From assembly GCA_963674735.2 (NCBI GenBank), contig CAXXQS010000001.1, positions 1,408,001 through 1,472,000 of the forward strand: 64,000 nucleotides of DNA, given 5' to 3'. A program made the translations under genes and the position numbers. A model generated the notes under the pieces. That model had not been told where the DNA came from. It did not search any database and saw nothing but the letters and a program-made list of their open reading frames with translations. Source of the stretch: Myxococcota bacterium (GTDB lineage Bacteria; Myxococcota_A; SURF-8). Shown here piece by piece: positions 40,134-49,300 of this stretch (the first letter of the stretch is position 1; every line of letters begins with the position of its first letter).

Positions 40134-41834
40134 TTAGGGATTCATTTCATAAGCGCCATCCAAGGCGTGGACTTCCTTCCATATTTTGCCATAACGCTCC
40201 ACATCGATAACCGGTTTCCGAACCATCTTCAGGCAATACTCTTTCTGCGCTTCAGTGGAACTGGGCTTTAGATAAACCTGCAAGGCATGCTCGGAAAAGT
40301 CTCGGACCATGAAATCGAAGATCTGATCCACCAGATCCGGCGCAACATCCAGTAACTTTGCATTTTCCAGAATCAATTGCCCGTAAGCGATCTGGGTGAA
40401 AAGGTCGCCGATGCTTAGAAGGAAATCAATATCCTTCTGCTGGCCTTTGTCCGGCGGCGCCATCATTAAAGCTTCCTTGAAAATCGCGATCTGTTCCTTG
40501 AACAAATTTACGTTTGGCAGGTCAAATAGATCGTAGGCCAGGTTATAGTCGTGGAATTGGATCTTTCCCAACCCCTTGGTCGGTCCTTGATTGAAGAGGA
40601 ATTCGTCATCACGCGGGTCATCAACGGTAGGAACCTCATCGAAAGCCTTCGGATTGAACAGGAAATTGGGCATGAACTTGATGATTAGAGCAACATTGAC
40701 ATGCACCGTTCCTTCTAGTTTGGGCAAGGCGCGGATGTCGCGCGCGGCCGCCTCGAAATAGGTCTCACCTTCAAAGCCACGAGCGGCGATAACATCCCAC
40801 AACAAGTTGATCACATCCTCGCCTTGGGTTGTAACTTTCATCTTCATAATGGGGTTATAGAGCAAATAGCGTCGATCCTCTTGCGAGGCAACACGCATAT
40901 AATCGGAGGCGCGTAAACCGAAGAGTTTCATCGCAATCAGGCGGGCATAGGCGTCAACAAAGTTCTGTTTGACATGCGGAAAATCGGTCACCATCATGCC
41001 ATACAAGTTTCGATTGGCGGCATGGGTGATCGACTCATACAAAGCGTGGGTGCAGATGCCGATGCTGGCCCATCCCAAATTGTATTTGCCGACGTTAACG
41101 GTATTCAATGCAGCATGGAAAGCTCCCTTTCCCTTATGCAAAATATCTTCTTCTGTGATGGGGTAATCATGCAGCGAAAATTCCGAAACGTAGGATTGAG
41201 TGTTAACCAAGTTTCGACGACACACATAATTTTCATGTTGAGAATCGACGGCGAAAAAGACGTACTCATCCGTATCGGCGATTTTCCCGAATACCGAAAC
41301 CATCGCTGCTTCATTTCCGTTACCGATATAATACTTGTAACCGTTGGCGACATAGGTTCCATCCTCTTGCTTGGTCAGGATCATGTCGGTGCTATATACA
41401 TCGGCTCCATGTGCCTTTTCCGACAGACCGAAAGCGAAGATGCCACCTTCCCTTAAAAACTGGGCGGCTTTAGTCTTGGCCGCTTCATTGTCCGACATAA
41501 ATATCGGCCCCAGACCCAGAATGGAAACCTGCCATGTATACCAGTAGTGCAGCCCATAAAATCCGAGGACTTCATTGAACTCGCAGGCACGCCAAGTATC
41601 CCAGCGGGTATCCGGGTCGCCATCGGCATATTTTGCAGGAGTGATTAATTGGGAAAAGATCTTGTTTTCTTTTACAAATTGGAGGAGATCGTCATACCAT
41701 CGTCGTTCATGGTCATCTTCCTTTAGCTTGACCTTTCCCTTCTTTTCAAAAAATTCGATCGTTTTCAGAACGATTTCTTTGGATCTCTCATCAGGATAGC
41801 GGCGGTTGTGTTTCTTGGGGTTAAGCAGTAGCAT
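40134..41834 (-). CDS. Acyl-CoA dehydrogenase
   Basis: AFGLSEKAHGAD, NGYKYYIGN, GKYNLG and KLEGT motifs; GGAG RBS before ATG 41834. Confidence 0.9.
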   Translation of the reverse strand: MLLLNPKKHNRRYPDERSKEIVLKTIEFFEKKGKVKLKEDDHERRWYDDLLQFVKENKIFSQLITPAKYADGDPDTRWDTWRACEFNEVLGFYGLHYWYTWQVSILGLGPIFMSDNEAAKTKAAQFLREGGIFAFGLSEKAHGADVYSTDMILTKQEDGTYVANGYKYYIGNGNEAAMVSVFGKIADTDEYVFFAVDSQHENYVCRRNLVNTQSYVSEFSLHDYPITEEDILHKGKGAFHAALNTVNVGKYNLGWASIGICTHALYESITHAANRNLYGMMVTDFPHVKQNFVDAYARLIAMKLFGLRASDYMRVASQEDRRYLLYNPIMKMKVTTQGEDVINLLWDVIAARGFEGETYFEAAARDIRALPKLEGTVHVNVALIIKFMPNFLFNPKAFDEVPTVDDPRDDEFLFNQGPTKGLGKIQFHDYNLAYDLFDLPNVNLFKEQIAIFKEALMMAPPDKGQQKDIDFLLSIGDLFTQIAYGQLILENAKLLDVAPDLVDQIFDFMVRDFSEHALQVYLKPSSTEAQKEYCLKMVRKPVIDVERYGKIWKEVHALDGAYEMNP

Positions 41835-42191
41835 CGTTTTCTCCTGTGTCAATCCCTTAAGCAAGGTTGTTTAACGGCACCTAATTATGAATACCCTGTC
41901 TCACTACTACATTCAAGCCTTGTAATCTGAGAAATCATAAAGTTGGTTCATCCGTTTTCAGAAAGACCGCATCAACATCTTCGTCAATTCCCGAAATTCA
42001 TGTTTTGAGATACGAATTTATTCAGACCTACAACAACGATAATCCAACGAAGTGCTACCCGCGAAGGCGTTTCATTGGTCTCGAATGGGCGGCTTGTTTG
42101 GTTTTTGCGCTTGGATAGTTTTAGACTCCGGCGGCAAACCCATAATAAATCTACCGCCAAGCACGTCATCGTGTCAAAACTTTCATTGCAA

Positions 42192-43325
42192 TCAAATCAT
42201 GCCTTCTATGATTTCGACGTTGGCGCGTGGGATCATCGCTTCTTCACCATCCTCGAATCGAACGGACAGCACACGAACCCGCGTTTCCGATTCGAGCATC
42301 TGTAACTCCGAGGGCATACCGGTTACGCGGCCGATACGCCCGAAATAAGGCTCGCGAATACAACGAACCGGCGAGTCGAGACCAAGTCCACCCATTTGTG
42401 AGGTAGTCCTAAGTTTTTCTTTTGACATGTCGGAGTCGATGGGAATCACGACCTCCGGCCGAATAACGCCCGCCCGAATTTGAGTCGCCCCATTGATTGA
42501 AACGCTGCGACCCTCATTCTTTTTGAACAACCCAAATGTTTTATCCGCCATCTGGATGTGGCCGAACCCTTCCGTTACAATCAGTGTCAGCTTGATATCT
42601 TCGCTGCCTGTAATCGCAACACCTAAGTCATAGCCGAGATAATCGCGAAGATCTCGGTCGTCGAACCCACCCACCACGATACCGCGAATGCCCATTTCTT
42701 CGGCTCGCCGGATCGTGTCAGCCTTGGCAAGCGCCCCCCCCACCACAATGCAGTCCCGATGCGATTCACTAAGAGCGTCCGCTTCAAGAATCTGCTCGGG
42801 GCCGGACACACCCATAACCAGTTTGCCGGTTGTTTCCCCTCCAATACCAAAAATTCCCTGAATGAAGGTCGCCCAACATTCCATCACCACCCCGTTATCC
42901 GGTAAAACCTCCACCACGCGGCCGGGAATATAAGCCCTGACCTCGACGGGGAGTGGGTCACCGCGTAGAATAACCTGTCCGGTAACATTGGAAATGCTTT
43001 CGATCGTCCCCTCGCGTGGGGCGTGTACGTAGGACTTGAACAGGCCGAAAAACGAGGTACTCTTTGCTATAACTTCGTTATTCTCAACTTTTTCCCCCTG
43101 TTGCTTTAACATGGCTGCATGGACTTCTTTCGGCCCGATACCCAGAATATTCGCGATGTTAACCGGATAAACATCACCGGGTAGATCTGTTTGAGCCACG
43201 ATCGTCGCGGCATCCAGCGTTAAACCAGTTTCGGTTAAGACCTTGCCTTTGATAGGGAGAATCCGCCGTTTTTGCACGCGCATGCAATCGGCAACGGTTA
43301 AACCTGGTGTATAGGACTGCGCCAT
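42192..43325 (-). CDS. Conserved hypothetical partner of the GlmL-like protein
   Basis: Barrel-sandwich-hybrid-like segments (GEKVENNEVIA, APREGTI), IQGIFGIGGE, TEGFG, GATQIRAGVIRPE and a KOW-like C-terminus; GGAGG RBS. Confidence 0.75.
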   Translation of the reverse strand: MAQSYTPGLTVADCMRVQKRRILPIKGKVLTETGLTLDAATIVAQTDLPGDVYPVNIANILGIGPKEVHAAMLKQQGEKVENNEVIAKSTSFFGLFKSYVHAPREGTIESISNVTGQVILRGDPLPVEVRAYIPGRVVEVLPDNGVVMECWATFIQGIFGIGGETTGKLVMGVSGPEQILEADALSESHRDCIVVGGALAKADTIRRAEEMGIRGIVVGGFDDRDLRDYLGYDLGVAITGSEDIKLTLIVTEGFGHIQMADKTFGLFKKNEGRSVSINGATQIRAGVIRPEVVIPIDSDMSKEKLRTTSQMGGLGLDSPVRCIREPYFGRIGRVTGMPSELQMLESETRVRVLSVRFEDGEEAMIPRANVEIIEGMI

Positions 43326-43357
43326 CTTACCTCCCGGTGCTAGACGCCCGTTTCATG

Positions 43358-45196
43358 CTAGTTCAGTTTTTCAAGCTTTTCATTGGGATAGACATCGAGA
43401 ACGCCCATCCATTTTTTAAGACGTTCCGCCCTTTCCGTTTCGTCCTCGGGTAACTCGAGCGGCCGTCCTCTTCCATCGAGCAATAATCCGACGACTCCAC
43501 CGCTTACTCGTTTATGCGTTCGTTTGCCACGCCCTGCCCCGACATCGAAGCCTCGAGCGGGTTCGAGCTCCAGCCTGGCGTGTTCGTCTACGCCGAGGGG
43601 GATCAACTTCAATTCCCCGGCCATCAAATCGAAATGCTCCGGAGTTCCCCCTTCCCTCGTCAAGGTGAGCGCGAGAATCTTCTTTCCCGATTTTGATGCC
43701 CCCACCGGAACCACACAGGGACCGAGGTAAATCATACAATCTCTTTCGAATACTTCGGTGGCTGCCTGTGGGTGCAATTGAGAAAGCACACCAAGATGCG
43801 GCATCATAAAGATGGAGTCGACCGCCAGCATGGTTACGCCCTGCGGCTGATACGCATCCAGCAGCATCATTGCCGTCTGAGTCCGTCGGGGCGCATGAGA
43901 AAGAACGCCGCCGGAACCCACAATCAGGTCCAAGGCCATCATATCCACCACGGATTCGTCCTCACAACTATCGAAAGCATCCGAAATGGTCCGTTCTTGC
44001 TGAACGCCTTTTAGCTTGGTTGCAAACGACCGATGCTGGATAAAGGCCAAACGTAGAGCTTCTTTGGCCACCGCTTGTTCCAGCACCAGATCGGCCAGTC
44101 GTTGGGGAATCGTAGTTGGTCGGATCATCTTGTTTTTAATCGCATTGCGCAACTCCCGCTCGTTGATAGCGAAAGGAACCCAGCGCAGCACATTTGCCAA
44201 CCCGGCCTCTTTGAAAACGTTGGCAATCGAGTAGCTCATACCAAGGTTCGCAGAAACGGTACGGTTGAAAGCGTCACCGAACACCGAAAAGACATCCGTC
44301 GTGGCTCCACCGATATCGACGCCAACCACATTGATGTTTTTCTGCTTCCCGATCGTTTGGATAATCAAGCCCACCGCCGCCGGTGTCGGCATGATAGGGA
44401 CATCGGTCCAATCCATCAGCTTCTTATATCCAGGTGCCTGCTGCATGACGTGTTCCATAAACAGATCATGAATTTTGTCACGTGTCGGACCCAGATTCTC
44501 CCGTTCCAGAACCGGCCGTAAATTGGGAACCACGTCAAGATCCGTTTTTTCTGCCAGCCTTTCTTCTATCTCATTCTGCGCCTGTTTCGTTCCCGCATAA
44601 ATGACCGGGAGTTTGTAACTCGATCCAAGACGCGGACGCGGGTCGGCGGCGGCTATCAACTCCGCTAGCGTTACCACATGGCCGATTCGTTCCGTGTCGT
44701 CGGTCAGCCCTGCCAACACAATCATATCGGGTCTGAGCTGCCTAATTCGTTCAATCTGTTGATGCGGCAATCGTTTATCGTTCGAAGCGATGGTATCCAT
44801 CACGATAGCCCCGGCTCCTAAAGCCGCTCGTTCGGCCGATTCCGCGGTCATTTGTCGCACGACCCCGGCAACCATCATCTGTAACCCGCCTCCGGCTGAA
44901 CTGGTGGAGATATAGACGTCGCACCCGATTTCAACCCCATTTTCTCTTCGTGCAGGCCGAACGATCTGGCCACTCTCATCCAGCAGACGCCGTCCGGATA
45001 ATTCCTGCAGTTCCTGCAAAGCATTGACAACGCCATTTGTGACGTCCTCGATGGGGGCTTCGACTGTCGTTGGCGCTTCTCCTCGGTAGGTCTGTCGATA
45101 AACGTCTCCCACTTTTTCGAACAAGATCGCTTTTGTTGTCGTACTTCCGCAATCGGTGGCAACGATTACGTGAATGCGGTTGGGATCTGGCGGCAT
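43358..45196 (-). CDS. Glutamate mutase L (GlmL/MutL)-like actin-fold ATPase
   Basis: DCGSTTTKA, SSAGGGL, AALGAGA, MPTP, DIGGATTDVFS, RTVSANLG and GSGGVL motifs. Confidence 0.85.
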   Translation of the reverse strand: MPPDPNRIHVIVATDCGSTTTKAILFEKVGDVYRQTYRGEAPTTVEAPIEDVTNGVVNALQELQELSGRRLLDESGQIVRPARRENGVEIGCDVYISTSSAGGGLQMMVAGVVRQMTAESAERAALGAGAIVMDTIASNDKRLPHQQIERIRQLRPDMIVLAGLTDDTERIGHVVTLAELIAAADPRPRLGSSYKLPVIYAGTKQAQNEIEERLAEKTDLDVVPNLRPVLERENLGPTRDKIHDLFMEHVMQQAPGYKKLMDWTDVPIMPTPAAVGLIIQTIGKQKNINVVGVDIGGATTDVFSVFGDAFNRTVSANLGMSYSIANVFKEAGLANVLRWVPFAINERELRNAIKNKMIRPTTIPQRLADLVLEQAVAKEALRLAFIQHRSFATKLKGVQQERTISDAFDSCEDESVVDMMALDLIVGSGGVLSHAPRRTQTAMMLLDAYQPQGVTMLAVDSIFMMPHLGVLSQLHPQAATEVFERDCMIYLGPCVVPVGASKSGKKILALTLTREGGTPEHFDLMAGELKLIPLGVDEHARLELEPARGFDVGAGRGKRTHKRVSGGVVGLLLDGRGRPLELPEDETERAERLKKWMGVLDVYPNEKLEKLN

Positions 45197-45374
45197 CTCG
45201 GATAAACCTCCCCTGAAACCGATGTGCAGCCTGGGCACATTCGGCCTATCTATTCAATACCTTAAGCGTTTTCAGGCTAACATTCGTTAGAAGCGGAGTC
45301 AACGCCTTTATGCGATACAACAGGATAGAAATTCGCAATGTTAATTGTGCGCAGTGTTCCGCCGAAGATGACAC

Positions 45375-45410
45375 GAAAAAACCCGCTTCCCATTTGGGGT
45401 AGCGGGTTCT
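45375..45410 (-). terminator. Intrinsic terminator after the wHTH gene
   Basis: Minus strand reads AACCCGCT-ACCCCAAATGGGA-AGCGGGTTTTTT. Confidence 0.8.
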
Positions 45411-45434
45411 CAAAATAGATCAAATGGATCGGTA

Positions 45435-46088
45435 TCAGGCCTTCTTACGACGACCTTTGCCTTTTTTTCCGGAAGCCTTGAACTCACCAACGAGATCCAC
45501 CAACGTAGCGCCTTTAACCTTTTCGTATTCGAGGTCGAAACGCCGTTTAGCGGCATCGCTGCCCACGACTTTGGCTTTGAAATCGGCTTCACTTACGACC
45601 ATGCCTTGGACGGCAAAACCGTAGTTCAGGTTAAGAGCATTTTCGAGGATTTCGCTAAGCTCTTTTTCTTCCGCTTTCTTCAGATTCGCCACCACCACGA
45701 ATTTAGCCGTTTCGCCGGTTCGCGCATGGGAAATCGTCAAAAACGCCGACTTGACCGCAGCCTGCTTGGGTTTCATCGCTTTAACGAAAAGCTGGTTGAT
45801 GTCTTTGTTAAGCGCGCGTTCTTTTTCGAACACAGGCTCTAAAAGATCCCAAATGACTTTATGGTCACGATTGATCGTGTACGAATAAGCGCGACCTACC
45901 GCTTTGCGGAATAGCGCTTTGTTCTTAACCAGACTGTCAAGCGACAACTGGCAAGACCTCGGCGAAATACCGGCGATAGCGGCAATGCGGCGACCTGTCA
46001 TCGCATCGTCGGATTCGTACAAAACACGGAGAATCTCGACTTTGGATGTGGTCCCCAATAAATAATTGAGCATTTTTGTCTGAACCAT
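45435..46088 (-). CDS. Winged-HTH protein with a degenerate nucleotidyltransferase-like domain and basic tail
   Basis: KVEILRVL…TGRRIAAIAGIS…LDSLV…GRAYSYTINRDH wHTH; C-terminal KKGKGRRKKA; GGAGG RBS. Confidence 0.75.
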   Translation of the reverse strand: MVQTKMLNYLLGTTSKVEILRVLYESDDAMTGRRIAAIAGISPRSCQLSLDSLVKNKALFRKAVGRAYSYTINRDHKVIWDLLEPVFEKERALNKDINQLFVKAMKPKQAAVKSAFLTISHARTGETAKFVVVANLKKAEEKELSEILENALNLNYGFAVQGMVVSEADFKAKVVGSDAAKRRFDLEYEKVKGATLVDLVGEFKASGKKGKGRRKKA

Positions 46089-46136
46089 TCTTTCCTCCTG
46101 CCTTTATGTGCCTATTTCCCCACAAAAAAAACACAT

Positions 46137-46178
46137 TGTCTTAAATGTCTTTATAACCGTTTGTCTTGTTATTGTCTA
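46137..46178 (-). promoter_or_regulatory. Sigma70 promoter overlapped by four AGACA direct repeats
   Basis: TAGACA (46178-46173), 17-nt spacer, TATAAA (46155-46150); plus-strand TGTCT at 46137, 46146, 46162 and 46173. Confidence 0.55.
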
Positions 46179-46323
46179 TCTTTTATTAAGGAATAATAAC
46201 ATTTAATCTACATAAAACCTCCTTGATGAGACTCCTGTTTCTATTCCCCCCCTATCGCATTCCATTTCACATGCCTACGATTTTGCTTTCCGTGCCGAAA
46301 TTGTTCCGTCACCTCCGCAAAGT

Positions 46324-49300
46324 TTACTTCCCCTGGATTTTGAACTGAAGAATTATTCCGTCGATACCAGCCGAATAAACATTTTGTCTTCCGAAGCCAG
46401 ACATCGATTTCATACCGAACGTCGGGAATTGTTCCAGAGGTTGCCACAATTCACTGGTTGAGTCGTACAGGTAAAGCTCAAGCAACCCCGCGTTGTCGGC
46501 TAAAAGAAAGAGGAGATCGCCTGCTGCAAACAAGTCGACCGGCACGAGTGTCAGGGGTAAATCGCCGGAGATATCTCGCCAACTTCCCGAATCGTTGGTT
46601 ACAATCTGGACTTCGCCTCCAACAAAACCAGCCGCATAAACGGCCTGTGCATTGATTCCGGTTATCTGCGTAAGTCCTGCACCAGATGGGTCGTACACGA
46701 CATCCATGCTTGTTCCGTTCAGCTTGCTTACGCCGTCCGGCCCAACACCAAATAATTGGTCGACCTGATCCGTCCACAACTCCACCACCGTCTGATCGCT
46801 TGCGCCTGCACCCCAAGTAACCGACGAAAACTGGGAGCCGTCGTAGTGTTTCAAGGTCGGACCCACATAGAAATCGTCGGGAGCGAAACCGGCAACAGCC
46901 GAGGTGAATTCACTAGTCGTAACCGCGGAAGCCGTACCAGCACTATTATCGTAAATCACGACAGCGGATTGATCGGTCGCCATGAAAAGATAGCCGTCGT
47001 TACTTGCCCAAGCATGAACAAAATCCGTCGTGGTCGGGAGTGAGAGGCCGGAAAGGTTTATCGCTACGCTTGACCAATCACCGGTCGCCATTGTTTTTTT
47101 CCACAAAACGCCATCTGAACCTCCAGCGAAAACATGGGTGATATTCAAAGTCGTGATCCAAGCCAGATCATCTTCTATCCCGTTTTGTGCCACCAAGGTC
47201 ATGGCACTGGCATCTCCCATCCATATTTCGCCTAGATTGGAAAGGATAAATACCGGACTCGCTCCACCGCCAAACACATGGTGATAATCCGCCCCGAGAA
47301 TCTGCATGTCAGGAATGGCCGACCAGAGCGACCCATTGAAATGGACTGCGCGGCCCGTCGTTCCATCAATGGAAACACCGACAAGATAGAGGTCGTTGGA
47401 GCCGGTTCCCCATACATCACGAACCGTAAAGGTCGAATCGTAATTGATGGTTTCCCAGCTACCGTCGTAATGAAAGAGGCTCGTACCAAACGGAACATAG
47501 ATTTCATTCGTATCCGCGAAACCGAATACCTTTTCGTAAACCCCGGCGGTCGGTTTGACCAGGCTTGTCCAGTTCGTGCCATTATAACGGTAGACATCCT
47601 TCCCAACCACATACACATTCGAAGCGTCCTTGGCCCAGATATCCTTGGTTTCATCGAAGGTTTCCCCGTCGTTCCCAAGAATCGACCACCCTCCGTCAGT
47701 CAACATGTGCACCGTCATGGTGTTGTTGTTCTTGTCTTCGAGTAAATACAGATTCCCCAGTCCATCGAGATGGATGGCTTTAAAAAGGCTGGAATCCGCA
47801 CTTTTAACAGCCGTCGCCACCTCTCCATCCCAATCGAAGAGCGTATCTTCGGTCAGTAGAAAGATCTGCGTTTCGCTGCGTTTGGCCACATCAATGTAGT
47901 CCGGACCACCCTGGAGAACTTGGATGAATTCATTGTCGTTGGAGTCGAGGTAATACAGCAGAGCCCCATCTTCTCCGCACATCCATACATCATCCGCCGC
48001 AACGGCGTGCGCATTGGTAATGATGTTGCCGGAATGGTAGGGATTTTCCCAACAAAAACAATCGGAATTGCAGACATCATCCACATCGGGCAAGCAGGTG
48101 AACTCGATGGGCTGAGGCGATTCGTCGTCCATCTCGCCGACTTCCGCTTCGTCGTCTAGCTCAGCTTCGACTTCCAACTCGAGATCCCCATCGGTTTCCA
48201 GATCGTCCTCGACGACATCCACTTCCTGATCGCCGTCCACTTCGGTTTCCCAATCCCCATCGATTTCGAGATCGGCTTCCTCATCACCGTCAACTTCCGG
48301 TTCTTCCTCTACATATATCTCGAAGGCGTTCAGTAATACTCCGCCCTCTCCGCCCATGTACAGATTATCGAAGGAAGGACCCGCCAACTCATGCAAACTG
48401 CCATTAAAGCCCGTATCGATACGCTCGAAGTTTTGTTCACTCCTCAGCAGATACAAGCCGCCCTGGTCAGTCACGATGAAGACATGATCTTCGTCCGTTC
48501 CCCACACGCGCGTCGGATTCTCACCCACATTCAAATCGGGAAGACTCACCGATGTAAACTCTTCGCCATCGGAGAACCATACTTTGCCGCCATCGCCGAC
48601 AATCCATATGTAATCGTTGTCCGCTCCCCAAATGTCACGCAACGGAGTTGAGTCGACCGTGTCGAGAACCTTGGCGCGCCAAGTGTCATCTGCACGTCCC
48701 GGCACTTTCTGAGCAACGACGGAGCCGTCACCGACCAACCAGACATTGCTGGCCGATTCGCCCCAGACTCCATGCCAGTTGAACGGGCTGATAATTGTCG
48801 GCGCTCCCGGGTCCAGGCTCCCGTCTACTTCCGAAAGCTCCACATCCCCGTCCGGCAAGCCGGCCCAGGGAACAACCCCATCGGTCAGTTCCGCCCAGTT
48901 CAGTCCATCGAAATGAACAACGCGCCCTCCCACGGCATAGCGATCGTTATCGGCCGCCGCCCAGACTCGTTCGACGACGGTGTTGATCAATGAGTTATCG
49001 GCCTCCAAATAAATCGAGGATTCGCCGGGAGTCCAGCGATAAACCGCATCATTGAAGAATAAAACCGTCCCGTTGGACAAGACCCAGATGTCATTGACAG
49101 GCTGTCGATTGCCATCGAGGCCCAGGTGTCCGATTTCATTCCAGGCCTGTTCGATGACATTATAATATCGGATGTCGCCGATGCTGTCACCGAAGTACAG
49201 AGTGTTCAACTTGCCGCGCATGGCGGTGATATCATGATAAGTGTAGGGACCGTTTTCCCCGTCTTGAGTGCGCGGAGACGGGCGATTGATAATCTCCCAA

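Noticed and set aside
902-45410. Shared AACCCGC…GCGGGTTCT stems at 902 and 45376 as a REP family
   Set aside because: Only two copies with different loops, both at gene 3' ends; adequately explained as terminators.
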